64,000 nt of DNA from an uncultured Acidobacteriota bacterium. Lineage in GTDB: Bacteria > Acidobacteriota > Thermoanaerobaculia > UBA5066 > DATFVB01. This document shows positions 53,495 through 62,253 of this stretch, piece by piece. Numbering within the stretch: position 1 is the stretch's first letter; each line of letters opens with the position of its first letter. The notes beneath the pieces were generated by a model. That model made no database searches and was not told the origin of the DNA. It saw nothing but the letters and a program-made list of their open reading frames with translations. The stretch covers positions 128,001-192,000 of the forward strand of contig CAWEYG010000001.1 of NCBI GenBank assembly GCA_963813155.1, given 5' to 3'. The position numbers were made by a program, and so were the translations under genes.

Positions 53495-55573
53495 ATGAAA
53501 GTCTTCTCGGCGCCCGAGATCCGCAACGTCGCCGTGCTCGGGCACAACACGGTCGGAAAGACGACCCTCGTTTCCGCGATGCTTCACCGGGCGGGTGTCA
53601 CGACGCGCGCGGGCGACATTCATGCCGGAACGTGCGTGACCGATTTCGACGCCGAGGAGATCGACCGAAAGATCTCGATCAATCTCGGCGTCGCGCACGC
53701 GATCCACCGCGACGTCAAAGTGAACTTCCTGGACGCCCCGGGCTACGGAATCTTCGTGTCCGAAGCGAAGTGCGCGGTCGTCGCGGCCGACGCCGTGCTC
53801 CTCGTCATCGACGCCGTCTCGGGCGTGGAGGTCCAGACCGAGAAAGCGTGGAAATTCGCGGAACAGTTCGGCCGGCCGGTCATCTTCGTCGTCAACCGGA
53901 TGGACCGGGAGCGCGCCTCTCTGGAGCGCTGCATCGCGGACCTTCAGAAGAAATTCGGACGCGGGGTCGTCGCGCTCCAGATTCCCGTCGGAGCCGAGAA
54001 GAGCTTCCATGGCACGATCGACCTCGTCCGGATGGAGGCGCACATGCTCGAGGACGGGAAGCGCAAGGACGGCGCCATTCCGGAAGACCACCGCGAGCGC
54101 GCCGAGGCCGAACACAAGAATCTCGTCGAAATGGTCGCCGAAGGGGAAGACGACCTGATGGAAAAGTTCTTCGCGAACGGGACGCTCGAACCCGCCGAGC
54201 TCCTGCCCGGTCTCCGGCGCGAGATCAGCGAGCGAAAAGTCTTCCCGGTCCTGTGCGTGTCGTCCCAGCTCGAGATCGGCGTGCTGCGCGTGCTCGACGC
54301 CTGCGTCGCGCTGTTCCCCTCCCCCGAAGGCGCCCGAGTGACGGCGAAGGACAAGGACGGCAAAGAGCTGGAAATCGCCAATGAAGAGTCCGGTCCGCCG
54401 CTCGCGCAGGTGTTCAAAACGGTCTCCGACCCGTTCTCCGGCCGGCTCACGTATTTCCGGGTTCATTCCGGCGTATTGAAGTCCGACGGAAACTACTGGA
54501 ACTCGACGAAATCCGCGCCGGAACGGTTCACGGGCCTTTTCCTTCCCCAGGGAAAGGAGCACGTCAGCGTGCCGGAGCTCAAGGCCGGCGACATCGGGGC
54601 GGCGGCAAAGTTGAAGGAGACGACGACCGGCGACACCCTCTCCTCCAAGGAGAACCCGCTCGTGCTGCCGCCCCTGACGTTTCCCGAGCCGGCGATCGCG
54701 TTCGCGATCGAGGCGAAGTCGAAGGCCGACGAAGACAAGATTTCCGTTGCCCTTCACAAGCTGATCGAGGAAGACCCCTCGCTGCGATTCGAGCGCGACG
54801 AGCAGACGAAGGAATTCCATCTCTCCGGCGCGGGACAGCTCCACGTCGAGATCGCGGTCGCACGCCTGAAGAAGCGCTACAACGTGGAGGTCATCCTCCA
54901 TCCGCCGAAGGTCCCCTACCGCGAGACGATCACGAAGAAGGCGGAAGCGCACGGCCGCCACAAGAAGCAATCGGGCGGACACGGCCAGTTCGCGGATTGC
55001 CGCATCGAGGTCTCGCCGCTGCCGCGCGGCGCGGATTTCGAGTTCGAAAACGACATCTTCGGGGGTTCGATTCCCCGCAACTACATCCCCGCGGTCGAGA
55101 AGGGCATCCAGGAGGCCCGCCGCCACGGTTTCATCGCCGGCTATCCGATGGTGGACTTCAAGGTCCGCCTGTACGACGGCCAGTACCACGACGTCGACTC
55201 CTCGGAAATGGCGTTCAAGATCGCGGGCGGCCTCGCCTACAAGGAGGCGATGGCGAAGGCGGGCGCGACGCTGCTCGAGCCGATCATGCAGGTGGAGGTC
55301 TACGCTCCCGCGGAGTACATGGGCGACCTGATGGGCGACCTGTCCTCGCGACGCGGGCACGTGCAGGGCCTCGACACCGAGGGAGACCGGCAGACGATTC
55401 GCGCGCTCGTCCCGATGGCGGAGATGCTGACGTACGGGTCGACGCTGCGGTCGATCACGCAGGGACGCGGCGATTTCCACATGGACTATTCCCACTACGC
55501 CGAAGTCCCGCATTCGCTCCGCGAGAAGATCGCCGCGGAATCGGGCAAGAAGCCGGCCGAAGTCGAGGGCTAG
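53495..55573 (+). CDS. Elongation factor G paralogue (EF-G II type)
   Basis: IRNVAVLGH..GKTT, RKISI, DAPGY, KKQSGGHGQF, HDVDSSEMAF, LRSITQGRG; not in a str operon. Confidence 0.9.
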   Translation: MKVFSAPEIRNVAVLGHNTVGKTTLVSAMLHRAGVTTRAGDIHAGTCVTDFDAEEIDRKISINLGVAHAIHRDVKVNFLDAPGYGIFVSEAKCAVVAADAVLLVIDAVSGVEVQTEKAWKFAEQFGRPVIFVVNRMDRERASLERCIADLQKKFGRGVVALQIPVGAEKSFHGTIDLVRMEAHMLEDGKRKDGAIPEDHRERAEAEHKNLVEMVAEGEDDLMEKFFANGTLEPAELLPGLRREISERKVFPVLCVSSQLEIGVLRVLDACVALFPSPEGARVTAKDKDGKELEIANEESGPPLAQVFKTVSDPFSGRLTYFRVHSGVLKSDGNYWNSTKSAPERFTGLFLPQGKEHVSVPELKAGDIGAAAKLKETTTGDTLSSKENPLVLPPLTFPEPAIAFAIEAKSKADEDKISVALHKLIEEDPSLRFERDEQTKEFHLSGAGQLHVEIAVARLKKRYNVEVILHPPKVPYRETITKKAEAHGRHKKQSGGHGQFADCRIEVSPLPRGADFEFENDIFGGSIPRNYIPAVEKGIQEARRHGFIAGYPMVDFKVRLYDGQYHDVDSSEMAFKIAGGLAYKEAMAKAGATLLEPIMQVEVYAPAEYMGDLMGDLSSRRGHVQGLDTEGDRQTIRALVPMAEMLTYGSTLRSITQGRGDFHMDYSHYAEVPHSLREKIAAESGKKPAEVEG

Positions 55574-55578
55574 CAGGA

Positions 55579-55716
55579 GCCTTCGCTTCTCGCGCGGGTG
55601 GCCCGGGGCAAGACCCCTTTTGCCGCTCGCGACGCGGGTGTAGCAAAGTCCTCAGGCTCGCGGCGAGCGGAAAAGAGGGTCGAGCCCCGTGACAGGACCC
55701 GCACGAGAAGCGAGGC
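55579..55716 (-). repeat. Structured non-coding element, copy B
   Basis: Its reverse complement aligns with 14761-14884; the outer stem has a different sequence but still pairs. Confidence 0.85.
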
Positions 55717-55717
55717 G

Positions 55718-56827
55718 TCAGAGCTTGAGCTTGATCTCGGCCGCGGCGCCGAGGTCGCGCTTTCCCGTCGCGTAGACGGCCGAAACGCCGAGCGAGATGA
55801 AGTGACCCGAGAGCTGGAAGCCGCCCGTGTAGGCCCAGTGCGGGTCGACGGCTTCGAGGTCGCGGTAGGCCCCCACCCGAAGGAAGTAGATCTGCGCCCC
55901 CGCGGCGATGCGCCGGCTGGAGAGGCCGGGAACGAGCGTCTTCTGCTTGTTCAGGTCCGCGTCCGCGGAAATAACGACGCCGTCCCACGAGAGCGGGGCA
56001 AACGCCGCCCCGACCCGGATCGTCCGGGGAAGCACGGCGTCCGAGCCGTCGAACATCCCGAATTTCGGCTCGTTCAGGTTCATGCCGACGATGCCGAGCC
56101 GCAATTTCGGAATCGGCTGGTACAGGGCCCCGAGGTCGAAGGCGATCCGGTTCGTCTTGACTTCGTTCTGCCGAAGGGCGTTGCGCGAGAGAGTCGCCGG
56201 GTTTTCCGCCGCTTCTTGCAGCGAATCGGAGACGAAGTACGTCCGCCCTTGAATGTAGCGCACGACCCCCCCGACGGTCAGGCCGGAGAATGCCTTCGAA
56301 TACCCCATGCGCAGCTCACGGGTTTCCAGGCCCTTCAGCGTCACCCGGCTGTCGAGGGAAGGCACGATGGCCGCCCCGATGCCGATGAGGTCGATCGTCG
56401 GATAGACGCCCGTGTAGACGGTGCCGCCGATCCCGATGCCGAAGCCCTGGATCGCGTACGCGAGGCCGGCCGATCCCGACGCGATCGTGCCCGTGCCGGG
56501 CGTCTGGAAGCCCCTCAGGTCGTCTTCGAGCCGGGTCAGCTGGCTCGCCGAAAGGTGCGCCAGGTCCGCGTTCGCAAAATCGTCGCGAAGCGTGTTCGCA
56601 AACCGGTTCTCGTCGGTCGCGATCGCTCCTCCGAAAAGGACCGCGCACCCGAGGGTGCACTGGGCGATTCCCGCGGGATTGCCCCACAGGGCGGTCGCGT
56701 CGCTCCCGGCCGCGACGAACGTGCCCCCCATGCCGATCGACTTCGCTCCGGGAGAGGGAGTCTGCGCCCCGGCGGCCGCGGCGACGAGGAGAGGTCCGGC
56801 GAGGGAAAACCGTCGAAAGTATTTCAT
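55718..56827 (-). CDS. Outer-membrane beta-barrel, TraF_2/FadL/PorV-like
   Basis: Signal peptide; AKSIGMGGTFVA..DATALWGNPAG; alternating amphipathic strands. Confidence 0.65.
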   Translation of the reverse strand: MKYFRRFSLAGPLLVAAAAGAQTPSPGAKSIGMGGTFVAAGSDATALWGNPAGIAQCTLGCAVLFGGAIATDENRFANTLRDDFANADLAHLSASQLTRLEDDLRGFQTPGTGTIASGSAGLAYAIQGFGIGIGGTVYTGVYPTIDLIGIGAAIVPSLDSRVTLKGLETRELRMGYSKAFSGLTVGGVVRYIQGRTYFVSDSLQEAAENPATLSRNALRQNEVKTNRIAFDLGALYQPIPKLRLGIVGMNLNEPKFGMFDGSDAVLPRTIRVGAAFAPLSWDGVVISADADLNKQKTLVPGLSSRRIAAGAQIYFLRVGAYRDLEAVDPHWAYTGGFQLSGHFISLGVSAVYATGKRDLGAAAEIKLKL

Positions 56828-56918
56828 CTGGCTGGCATTATCGCAGGAATCCGACCGAGCCATCGCAGGAATTTCCCGGCTCCGTTCGCGTTAGAATGAT
56901 CTCGGAGGACAAATCGAA

Positions 56919-57632
56919 ATGAACCCCTACGAAACCACTCCCGACAGCCGATTCCAGGCGGGCGCCCTGGGCGACGTCAGCCGGGTTTCCGCTTTCCTGC
57001 GCCGCGTGTACGGCTGGATGTTCGCCGGGCTCGCGCTGACGGGGCTCGTCGCCGCCGGGATGGCGAGCAACCCCGCCCTCGTCGTCGCCTTTGCGCAGAA
57101 CCGGATGCTTTTCTTCGGCCTCGTGATCGCGGAGCTCGGCCTCGTGGTCTACCTGAGCGCCCGCGTGCTCAAGATGTCGCCCGCCGCCGCGATCGCCTCG
57201 TTCACGGCCTACGCCGCGTTGAACGGCGTCCTCTTTTCGACGATCTTTCTCGCGTTCACGATGACCTCGGTCGCGACGACGTTCTTCATCACGGCCGGCA
57301 TGTTCGGCTCGCTCGCGCTCTTCGGCACGGTGACGAAAAAGAACCTGGCCGGCATCGGGTCCTTCGTTTCGATGGGCCTGATCGGCGTGATGCTCGCGAT
57401 GCTCGTCGGAATGTTCGTTCACTCCGACGGCCTCCAGTTCGGGATCTCGATCATCGGCGTGATCGTCTTCACGGGCCTGACGGCCTGGGACGCGCAGCGC
57501 TTGAAGTCGATGGCAGTCGCGACCGCGGAAGGACACGTCGAGAACCTCGCGATCGTGGGCGCGTTGAGGCTCTACCTCGACTTCGTCAACCTGTTCTTGT
57601 TCCTGCTCCGCTTCATGGGGAGGCGGCGCTAG
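56919..57632 (+). CDS. Bax inhibitor-1/YccA family membrane protein
   Basis: FLRRVYGWM, GLTAWDAQRLK, GALRLYLDFVNLF. Confidence 0.9.
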   Translation: MNPYETTPDSRFQAGALGDVSRVSAFLRRVYGWMFAGLALTGLVAAGMASNPALVVAFAQNRMLFFGLVIAELGLVVYLSARVLKMSPAAAIASFTAYAALNGVLFSTIFLAFTMTSVATTFFITAGMFGSLALFGTVTKKNLAGIGSFVSMGLIGVMLAMLVGMFVHSDGLQFGISIIGVIVFTGLTAWDAQRLKSMAVATAEGHVENLAIVGALRLYLDFVNLFLFLLRFMGRRR

Positions 57633-59135
57633 ATCGACGCCGGGGAGGCCCCGCCGCGGCGACGAACCGCGGCGGCCCTCGCGATCGCGCTTCTCTATCT
57701 CGGCCTGGCCTCCTTCAACCTTCTGTGGCCTAGCCCCCGGGGCCCAGCCGACAACGGCGACTTCGCCCGAGTCTTTGGCTACTTTTCCTCCGGGCCGGAA
57801 GGGCTCGCCACCTGGCCCTCGAAGTTCTCCGATCCGGAAGGCCACGAGCGTCGTTTCTTCGCCTACTATCACCGCTTCTGGCGGAGGGACGGGCGCGTCC
57901 CGGGACTCGCCCACTGGTCCTCGAGCTTGCTCGTCCCGCTGCCGGGGCTCGCCCTCTCTGTCGGCCAGGCCCGTTTCGACCTGGCCCTCAACGCGTTCTG
58001 CATCCTCGTCCTGCTCGCGGCCTGTCTCTTCTGGGCGTTGCGCGCGCTTTCCGGAACGGCGGTCTTCTGGGCGCTGGCGGTGTCGGCGCTTGTCCTGTGC
58101 GACTGCCGAATCGCCATTTACTTGAATTCCTTCTACCAGGAATCGGGAGCGTACGCAGGGCTGGTCCTTCTCGTCTGCGCCCTGCCTGCCTTCTGGGAAC
58201 AGCCCAGCGCATTGCGGCTCCTCGCCGTGGGAGGAGCCGCCGCGGCCATCGGCCTGGCCAAGATCGCCTACACGCCGGCCATCCTGCCGGCCATGATTCC
58301 CGTCGCGGCCGCTATCGCGACGAGAAGAGGCGAAGAGCCGGCGGTCCGGCGAAGAATCCTGGCTGTCTTCGCCATTCTCCTGGTCCTGTTCACGGCCTTC
58401 GCGATTTTCCCGAAGGACCTCTTTGTCCGCCAGAACACGTACCAATTCATTTTCTCGGGGGTGGTACCGCACCTACGCGCGGAAGAGCGCGGGCCCTTCC
58501 TGATCGCGATCGGGTTGGACGCCCGCGATGCGTCGCTCTCCGGCGACGACGCCTACACGGCCGGGAACAGGATCAACGAACCGGATCTTCGTCGCCTCCT
58601 GACGAGGCGGACCCAGCTGCGTGCGGCGCTCGAGCTGCTCCGTCACCATCCCACGTCCTTCCTTCGCTTGCTCCGCGATGGATTCTCGAAGGCGGGAATC
58701 TATCCAGCGTACGACCGGCCGTCCTACGAGAACCGGCGAGAGCCAGAGCCGCGCCGATGGTCGGCCTGGTCATCGCTTCGGGCTTCTCGGTTCTCGGGGA
58801 TCCCGCCCTACGTCGCGTCGGGAGTTCTCTGGCTGGGGCTCCTCGCGGCCGCACGCCGCGGCAACTGGCCGGATGAAGCTCGTTTCTTCCTCCTGGCTTC
58901 AGGCGGCTTTCTGATCGCTTCGACCCTGGCGGTCTCGGTATCGATCCTCGGCAACGGCCCCGCCGATGTCTACAAACACAGCTATCTCGGAAACCTGTTG
59001 TTGGACGCGGCGATCGTCTGGATTATCGCGGGGCTGGCCGCAGCCGCTTCGCCCGCTCCGAAGAGCACCTCAACCAATTCCGCTCGCGGCATCCCGGTCC
59101 AGCATCCAGGTCACCTTCCGGGCGCGAACGCGTGA
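57633..59135 (+). CDS. WsfD-like (GT-C) membrane glycosyltransferase; start codon unclear
   Basis: The frame is open from 57633: TM helix, then ADNGDFARV, and later YLNSFYQE. The first canonical start (TTG 57927) is downstream of the ADNGDF motif. Confidence 0.6.
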   Translation: MDAGEAPPRRRTAAALAIALLYLGLASFNLLWPSPRGPADNGDFARVFGYFSSGPEGLATWPSKFSDPEGHERRFFAYYHRFWRRDGRVPGLAHWSSSLLVPLPGLALSVGQARFDLALNAFCILVLLAACLFWALRALSGTAVFWALAVSALVLCDCRIAIYLNSFYQESGAYAGLVLLVCALPAFWEQPSALRLLAVGGAAAAIGLAKIAYTPAILPAMIPVAAAIATRRGEEPAVRRRILAVFAILLVLFTAFAIFPKDLFVRQNTYQFIFSGVVPHLRAEERGPFLIAIGLDARDASLSGDDAYTAGNRINEPDLRRLLTRRTQLRAALELLRHHPTSFLRLLRDGFSKAGIYPAYDRPSYENRREPEPRRWSAWSSLRASRFSGIPPYVASGVLWLGLLAAARRGNWPDEARFFLLASGGFLIASTLAVSVSILGNGPADVYKHSYLGNLLLDAAIVWIIAGLAAAASPAPKSTSTNSARGIPVQHPGHLPGANA

Positions 59136-59792
59136 CGCCGGCAGGTCTCCTTCCCCGGCAAGAGCTTTCTTGACGGCATCCGCCTTTGCGGCCCCTTCCG
59201 CGAGGAACACGCACTGGCGGGCCGCGTCGAGCACGGGAAACGTCATCGTGAGGCGCCAGGCGTTCAGGCCAGGCACGAAGTTCGCCGCGACGGGCCGGCG
59301 CGTTTCCCGGAGCGCGAGGCTGCCCGGAAAGAGCGAAGCCGTGTGGCCGTCCGCGCCAAGCCCGAGAAAGACCCAGTCGAATTCCGGGATCGCCGCCCCG
59401 AAACGAAGCCCAAGCCGGTTTTCGTAGGCATCCGCGGCTTCCGCCGCCGGCCGGTACGTCTCCCAGGGATGCACGTTTTCGGGAAGGATCGGAACACGAG
59501 TGAGCAGGCATTCTTTCGCCATCCGGAAGTTGCTCTCGGAATCGTCCAGCGAAACGCACCGCTCGTCGGCCCAGAAGATGTCGACTTTCGTCCAGTCCAG
59601 TCCGCCTCCCGCGCCCGCAATTTCTTCGTAGGCCGCCTTCGGAGTGGAACCTCCCGAGAGAGCCGCCGAAAACCGGCCCCGGCCCGCGATTGCCTCTCCG
59701 GCAGCGCGAAGAAAATCGGCCGCAGCCGCCGCCGCGAGAAGGGCCGGCGTGTCGAAGACTCGGACCTCCCGGTCCGCTACAGCTTTCTCCAA
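59070..59792 (-). CDS. pgl: 6-phosphogluconolactonase
   Basis: ALSGGSTP, FWADERCV, SNFRM, LGLGADGHTASLFP, RLTMT. Confidence 0.93.
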   Translation of the reverse strand: MEKAVADREVRVFDTPALLAAAAAADFLRAAGEAIAGRGRFSAALSGGSTPKAAYEEIAGAGGGLDWTKVDIFWADERCVSLDDSESNFRMAKECLLTRVPILPENVHPWETYRPAAEAADAYENRLGLRFGAAIPEFDWVFLGLGADGHTASLFPGSLALRETRRPVAANFVPGLNAWRLTMTFPVLDAARQCVFLAEGAAKADAVKKALAGEGDLPASRVRARKVTWMLDRDAASGIG

Positions 59793-61360
59793 CGGCGGCC
59801 GTCCCTCTCGATGAACGTCTCGGCGCATTCCGGGCCCATCGTTCCGGCGGGATAGTTCGGAAATCCCGTCGCCCGAGTTTTCGCCCAGTTCTCGAGGATC
59901 GGCGTCACGACGCGCCACGCCTCCTCGACTTCGTCTCCGCGGGTGAACAGGGTCGCGTCGCCGTGCATCACGTCGAGAAGCAGCCGCTCGTAGCCGCCGT
60001 GCTGCGCCACCCCGAGCTGCGAGTAGGGAAAATCCATCACTTCCGGCGTCACGCGCATTCCGGCGCCGGGAATCTTCGCCAGAAACTTCAGCGAAATCCC
60101 TTCGTCCGGCTGGATCTTCAGGCGCAGCACGTTTTTCTCGAGCCGGTCCGCGGTCGGCTCTTTGAAGAACATGTACATGTGCGGGACCTCGCGAAATTCG
60201 ATCGCGATCTCCGTCGTCCGTTTCGCGAGCCGCTTGCCCGAGCGCAGGTAGAAGGGCACCCCCGCCCAGCGCCAATTGTCGATCAGGAACTTGACGGCCG
60301 CGAACGTCGGCGTGGAAGATCTCCGGGAGACTTTCTCCTCATGGCGGTAACCGGGGACCTCTTCGCCGTCGACGACGCCGGGGCCGTACTGTCCCCGGAC
60401 CGCCCAGGGCTCCATGTCGGCCGACGGAATCGCGCGAATCGCCTTCAGGACCTTCACCTTCTCTCCGCGGACGGATTCCGCGTCCATCCGAACGGGAGCT
60501 TCCATCGCGGTCATGCAAAGCAGCTGCAGGAGGTGGTTCTGGAACATGTCCCGGATGATGCCCGCCGTCTCGTAGTATCCGGCGCGGTGCCCGACGCCGA
60601 TCGATTCCGCGACGGCGATCTGGACGTTGTCGACGTACCGGCGGTTCCAGAGGGGCTCGAAGACGCCGTTCGCAAATCTCAGAACGAGGATGTTCTGGAC
60701 CGTCTCCTTGCCGAGGTAATGGTCGATGCGAAAGATCTGCTCCTCGCGAAAAACCTTCAGGATTTCCGCGTTGAGAGCGCGGGCCGACTCCAGATCGTGG
60801 CCGAACGGCTTCTCGACGACGACGCGGGAAAAGGACCCTCCGGTCTCGGCGGCGAGGCCGGCTTCGCCGAGTTGCCGCACGATCATCGGGTCCGCCTCCG
60901 GAGGCGTGGCGAGATAGAACACGTGGTTTTCCCTCTCGCCGCCGAAGCTCTTTCGCTGGCGGGACAGCACCTTCTTCAGGTTCCGGAACGTCTCCACATC
61001 GTCGAACTCTCCCGTGACGTAGAAAAGCTTCGAAGAGAGATCGGCAGGGAGCTCGCTCTCCGGAGCGAATTTCTCCACGGCCTCCCGCATCGACGATCGA
61101 AACTTTTCGTCGGTCATCGGGGTTCGCGAGACTCCGACGACGAAGAACTCCTCGGGGAGAGCCCGCTCGAGCGTGAGCTTCGAAAGCGCCGGCATCAGCA
61201 TGCGAGCCGTCAGATCTCCGGATGCGCCGAAAATGACCATCGCGCAGGGTTCCGGCGGATGAACGGGGACGAGGACTCCGGCTTTCGGGGCGGGGGAAGC
61301 GGCTTTTCCGGCGCCGGCAGCTCGCTTCGCGCGTTTCGCCCGCGGCTTCTTCGCGGTCAT
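59777..61360 (-). CDS. zwf: Glucose-6-phosphate 1-dehydrogenase
   Basis: FGASGDL, EKPFG, RIDHYLGKE, DMFQNHLLQ, NWRWAGVPF. Confidence 0.96.
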   Translation of the reverse strand: MTAKKPRAKRAKRAAGAGKAASPAPKAGVLVPVHPPEPCAMVIFGASGDLTARMLMPALSKLTLERALPEEFFVVGVSRTPMTDEKFRSSMREAVEKFAPESELPADLSSKLFYVTGEFDDVETFRNLKKVLSRQRKSFGGERENHVFYLATPPEADPMIVRQLGEAGLAAETGGSFSRVVVEKPFGHDLESARALNAEILKVFREEQIFRIDHYLGKETVQNILVLRFANGVFEPLWNRRYVDNVQIAVAESIGVGHRAGYYETAGIIRDMFQNHLLQLLCMTAMEAPVRMDAESVRGEKVKVLKAIRAIPSADMEPWAVRGQYGPGVVDGEEVPGYRHEEKVSRRSSTPTFAAVKFLIDNWRWAGVPFYLRSGKRLAKRTTEIAIEFREVPHMYMFFKEPTADRLEKNVLRLKIQPDEGISLKFLAKIPGAGMRVTPEVMDFPYSQLGVAQHGGYERLLLDVMHGDATLFTRGDEVEEAWRVVTPILENWAKTRATGFPNYPAGTMGPECAETFIERDGRRWRKL

Positions 61361-62253
61361 TTCGGCTTGACGTCGTGGCCGCCGAACTCGTTGCGCAGGG
61401 CGGCAATCGCGCGGGCGGAAAACGAGTCGTCCTGGCGGGACCGGAATCGGGCAAAGAGCGCATCGGCGAGAGCGGGCGCGGGGACCGCGCGATCGATCGC
61501 TTCCTGGAGCGTCCAGCGGCCTTCTCCGGAATCGGCGACCCATCCGCGGATCTTCTCGAGTCCGGGATCTTTTTTCAGCGCGTCCACCATCAGCTCCAGG
61601 AGCCACGACCGCACGACCGAAGCGTGCGTCCAGAGCTCCGCGATTTGGCCGAGATCGAGCCCGAAATCGGATGCATGGAGGATCTCGAATCCCTCGCCGA
61701 TCCCCTGCAGCATCGAATACTCGATCGCGTTGTGCACCATCTTCGTGTAGTGCCCGGCCCCCGAAGCGCCCACGCGCGCGTAGCCGTTTTCGGGCGCGAG
61801 CGAGAGAAACGCCGGCTCGACCGTCCGGCACGCCCCCTCGTCGCCGCCCACCATCAGGCAGTAGCCGTTCTCGAGGCCCCACACGCCGCCCGACGTGCCC
61901 GCGTCGATCAGGAAGATCCCCGAGCCCGCGAGCTCGCCCGCCCGGCGCACGGAATCCTTGTAGTGCGAATTGCCCCCGTCGACAACGATGTCGCCGCTTT
62001 TCAGCGCGGGCCGGAGCGCCGAGATCGTCTCGTCGACCGGCGCGCCCTCGGGAATCATGAGCCAGACGACCCTCGGAGATTCCAGCCGGGCGGCCAGTTC
62101 CGCCGCCGACGGCGCAAACTCCGCGCCGGCCCCTCGCGCGATCGATTCCGACTCCGGGCCCCTCGAAAACGCGACGACCGAATGGCCGCCGCGAACGAGG
62201 CGCCGCGTCATGTTCGCGCCCATCTTCCCGAGACCGATCATTCCGAGTTTCAT
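61357..62253 (-). CDS. gnd: 6-phosphogluconate dehydrogenase, decarboxylating (short type)
   Basis: IGLGKMG, DGGNS, DAGTSGG, KMVHNAIEY, DSGEGRW, ALRNEFGGH. Confidence 0.94.
   Translation of the reverse strand: MKLGMIGLGKMGANMTRRLVRGGHSVVAFSRGPESESIARGAGAEFAPSAAELAARLESPRVVWLMIPEGAPVDETISALRPALKSGDIVVDGGNSHYKDSVRRAGELAGSGIFLIDAGTSGGVWGLENGYCLMVGGDEGACRTVEPAFLSLAPENGYARVGASGAGHYTKMVHNAIEYSMLQGIGEGFEILHASDFGLDLGQIAELWTHASVVRSWLLELMVDALKKDPGLEKIRGWVADSGEGRWTLQEAIDRAVPAPALADALFARFRSRQDDSFSARAIAALRNEFGGHDVKPK

Noticed and set aside
59070-59135. 66-bp convergent overlap between the WsfD-like gene and pgl
   Set aside because: Looks like a non-conserved C-terminal run-on, common in GC-rich genomes.
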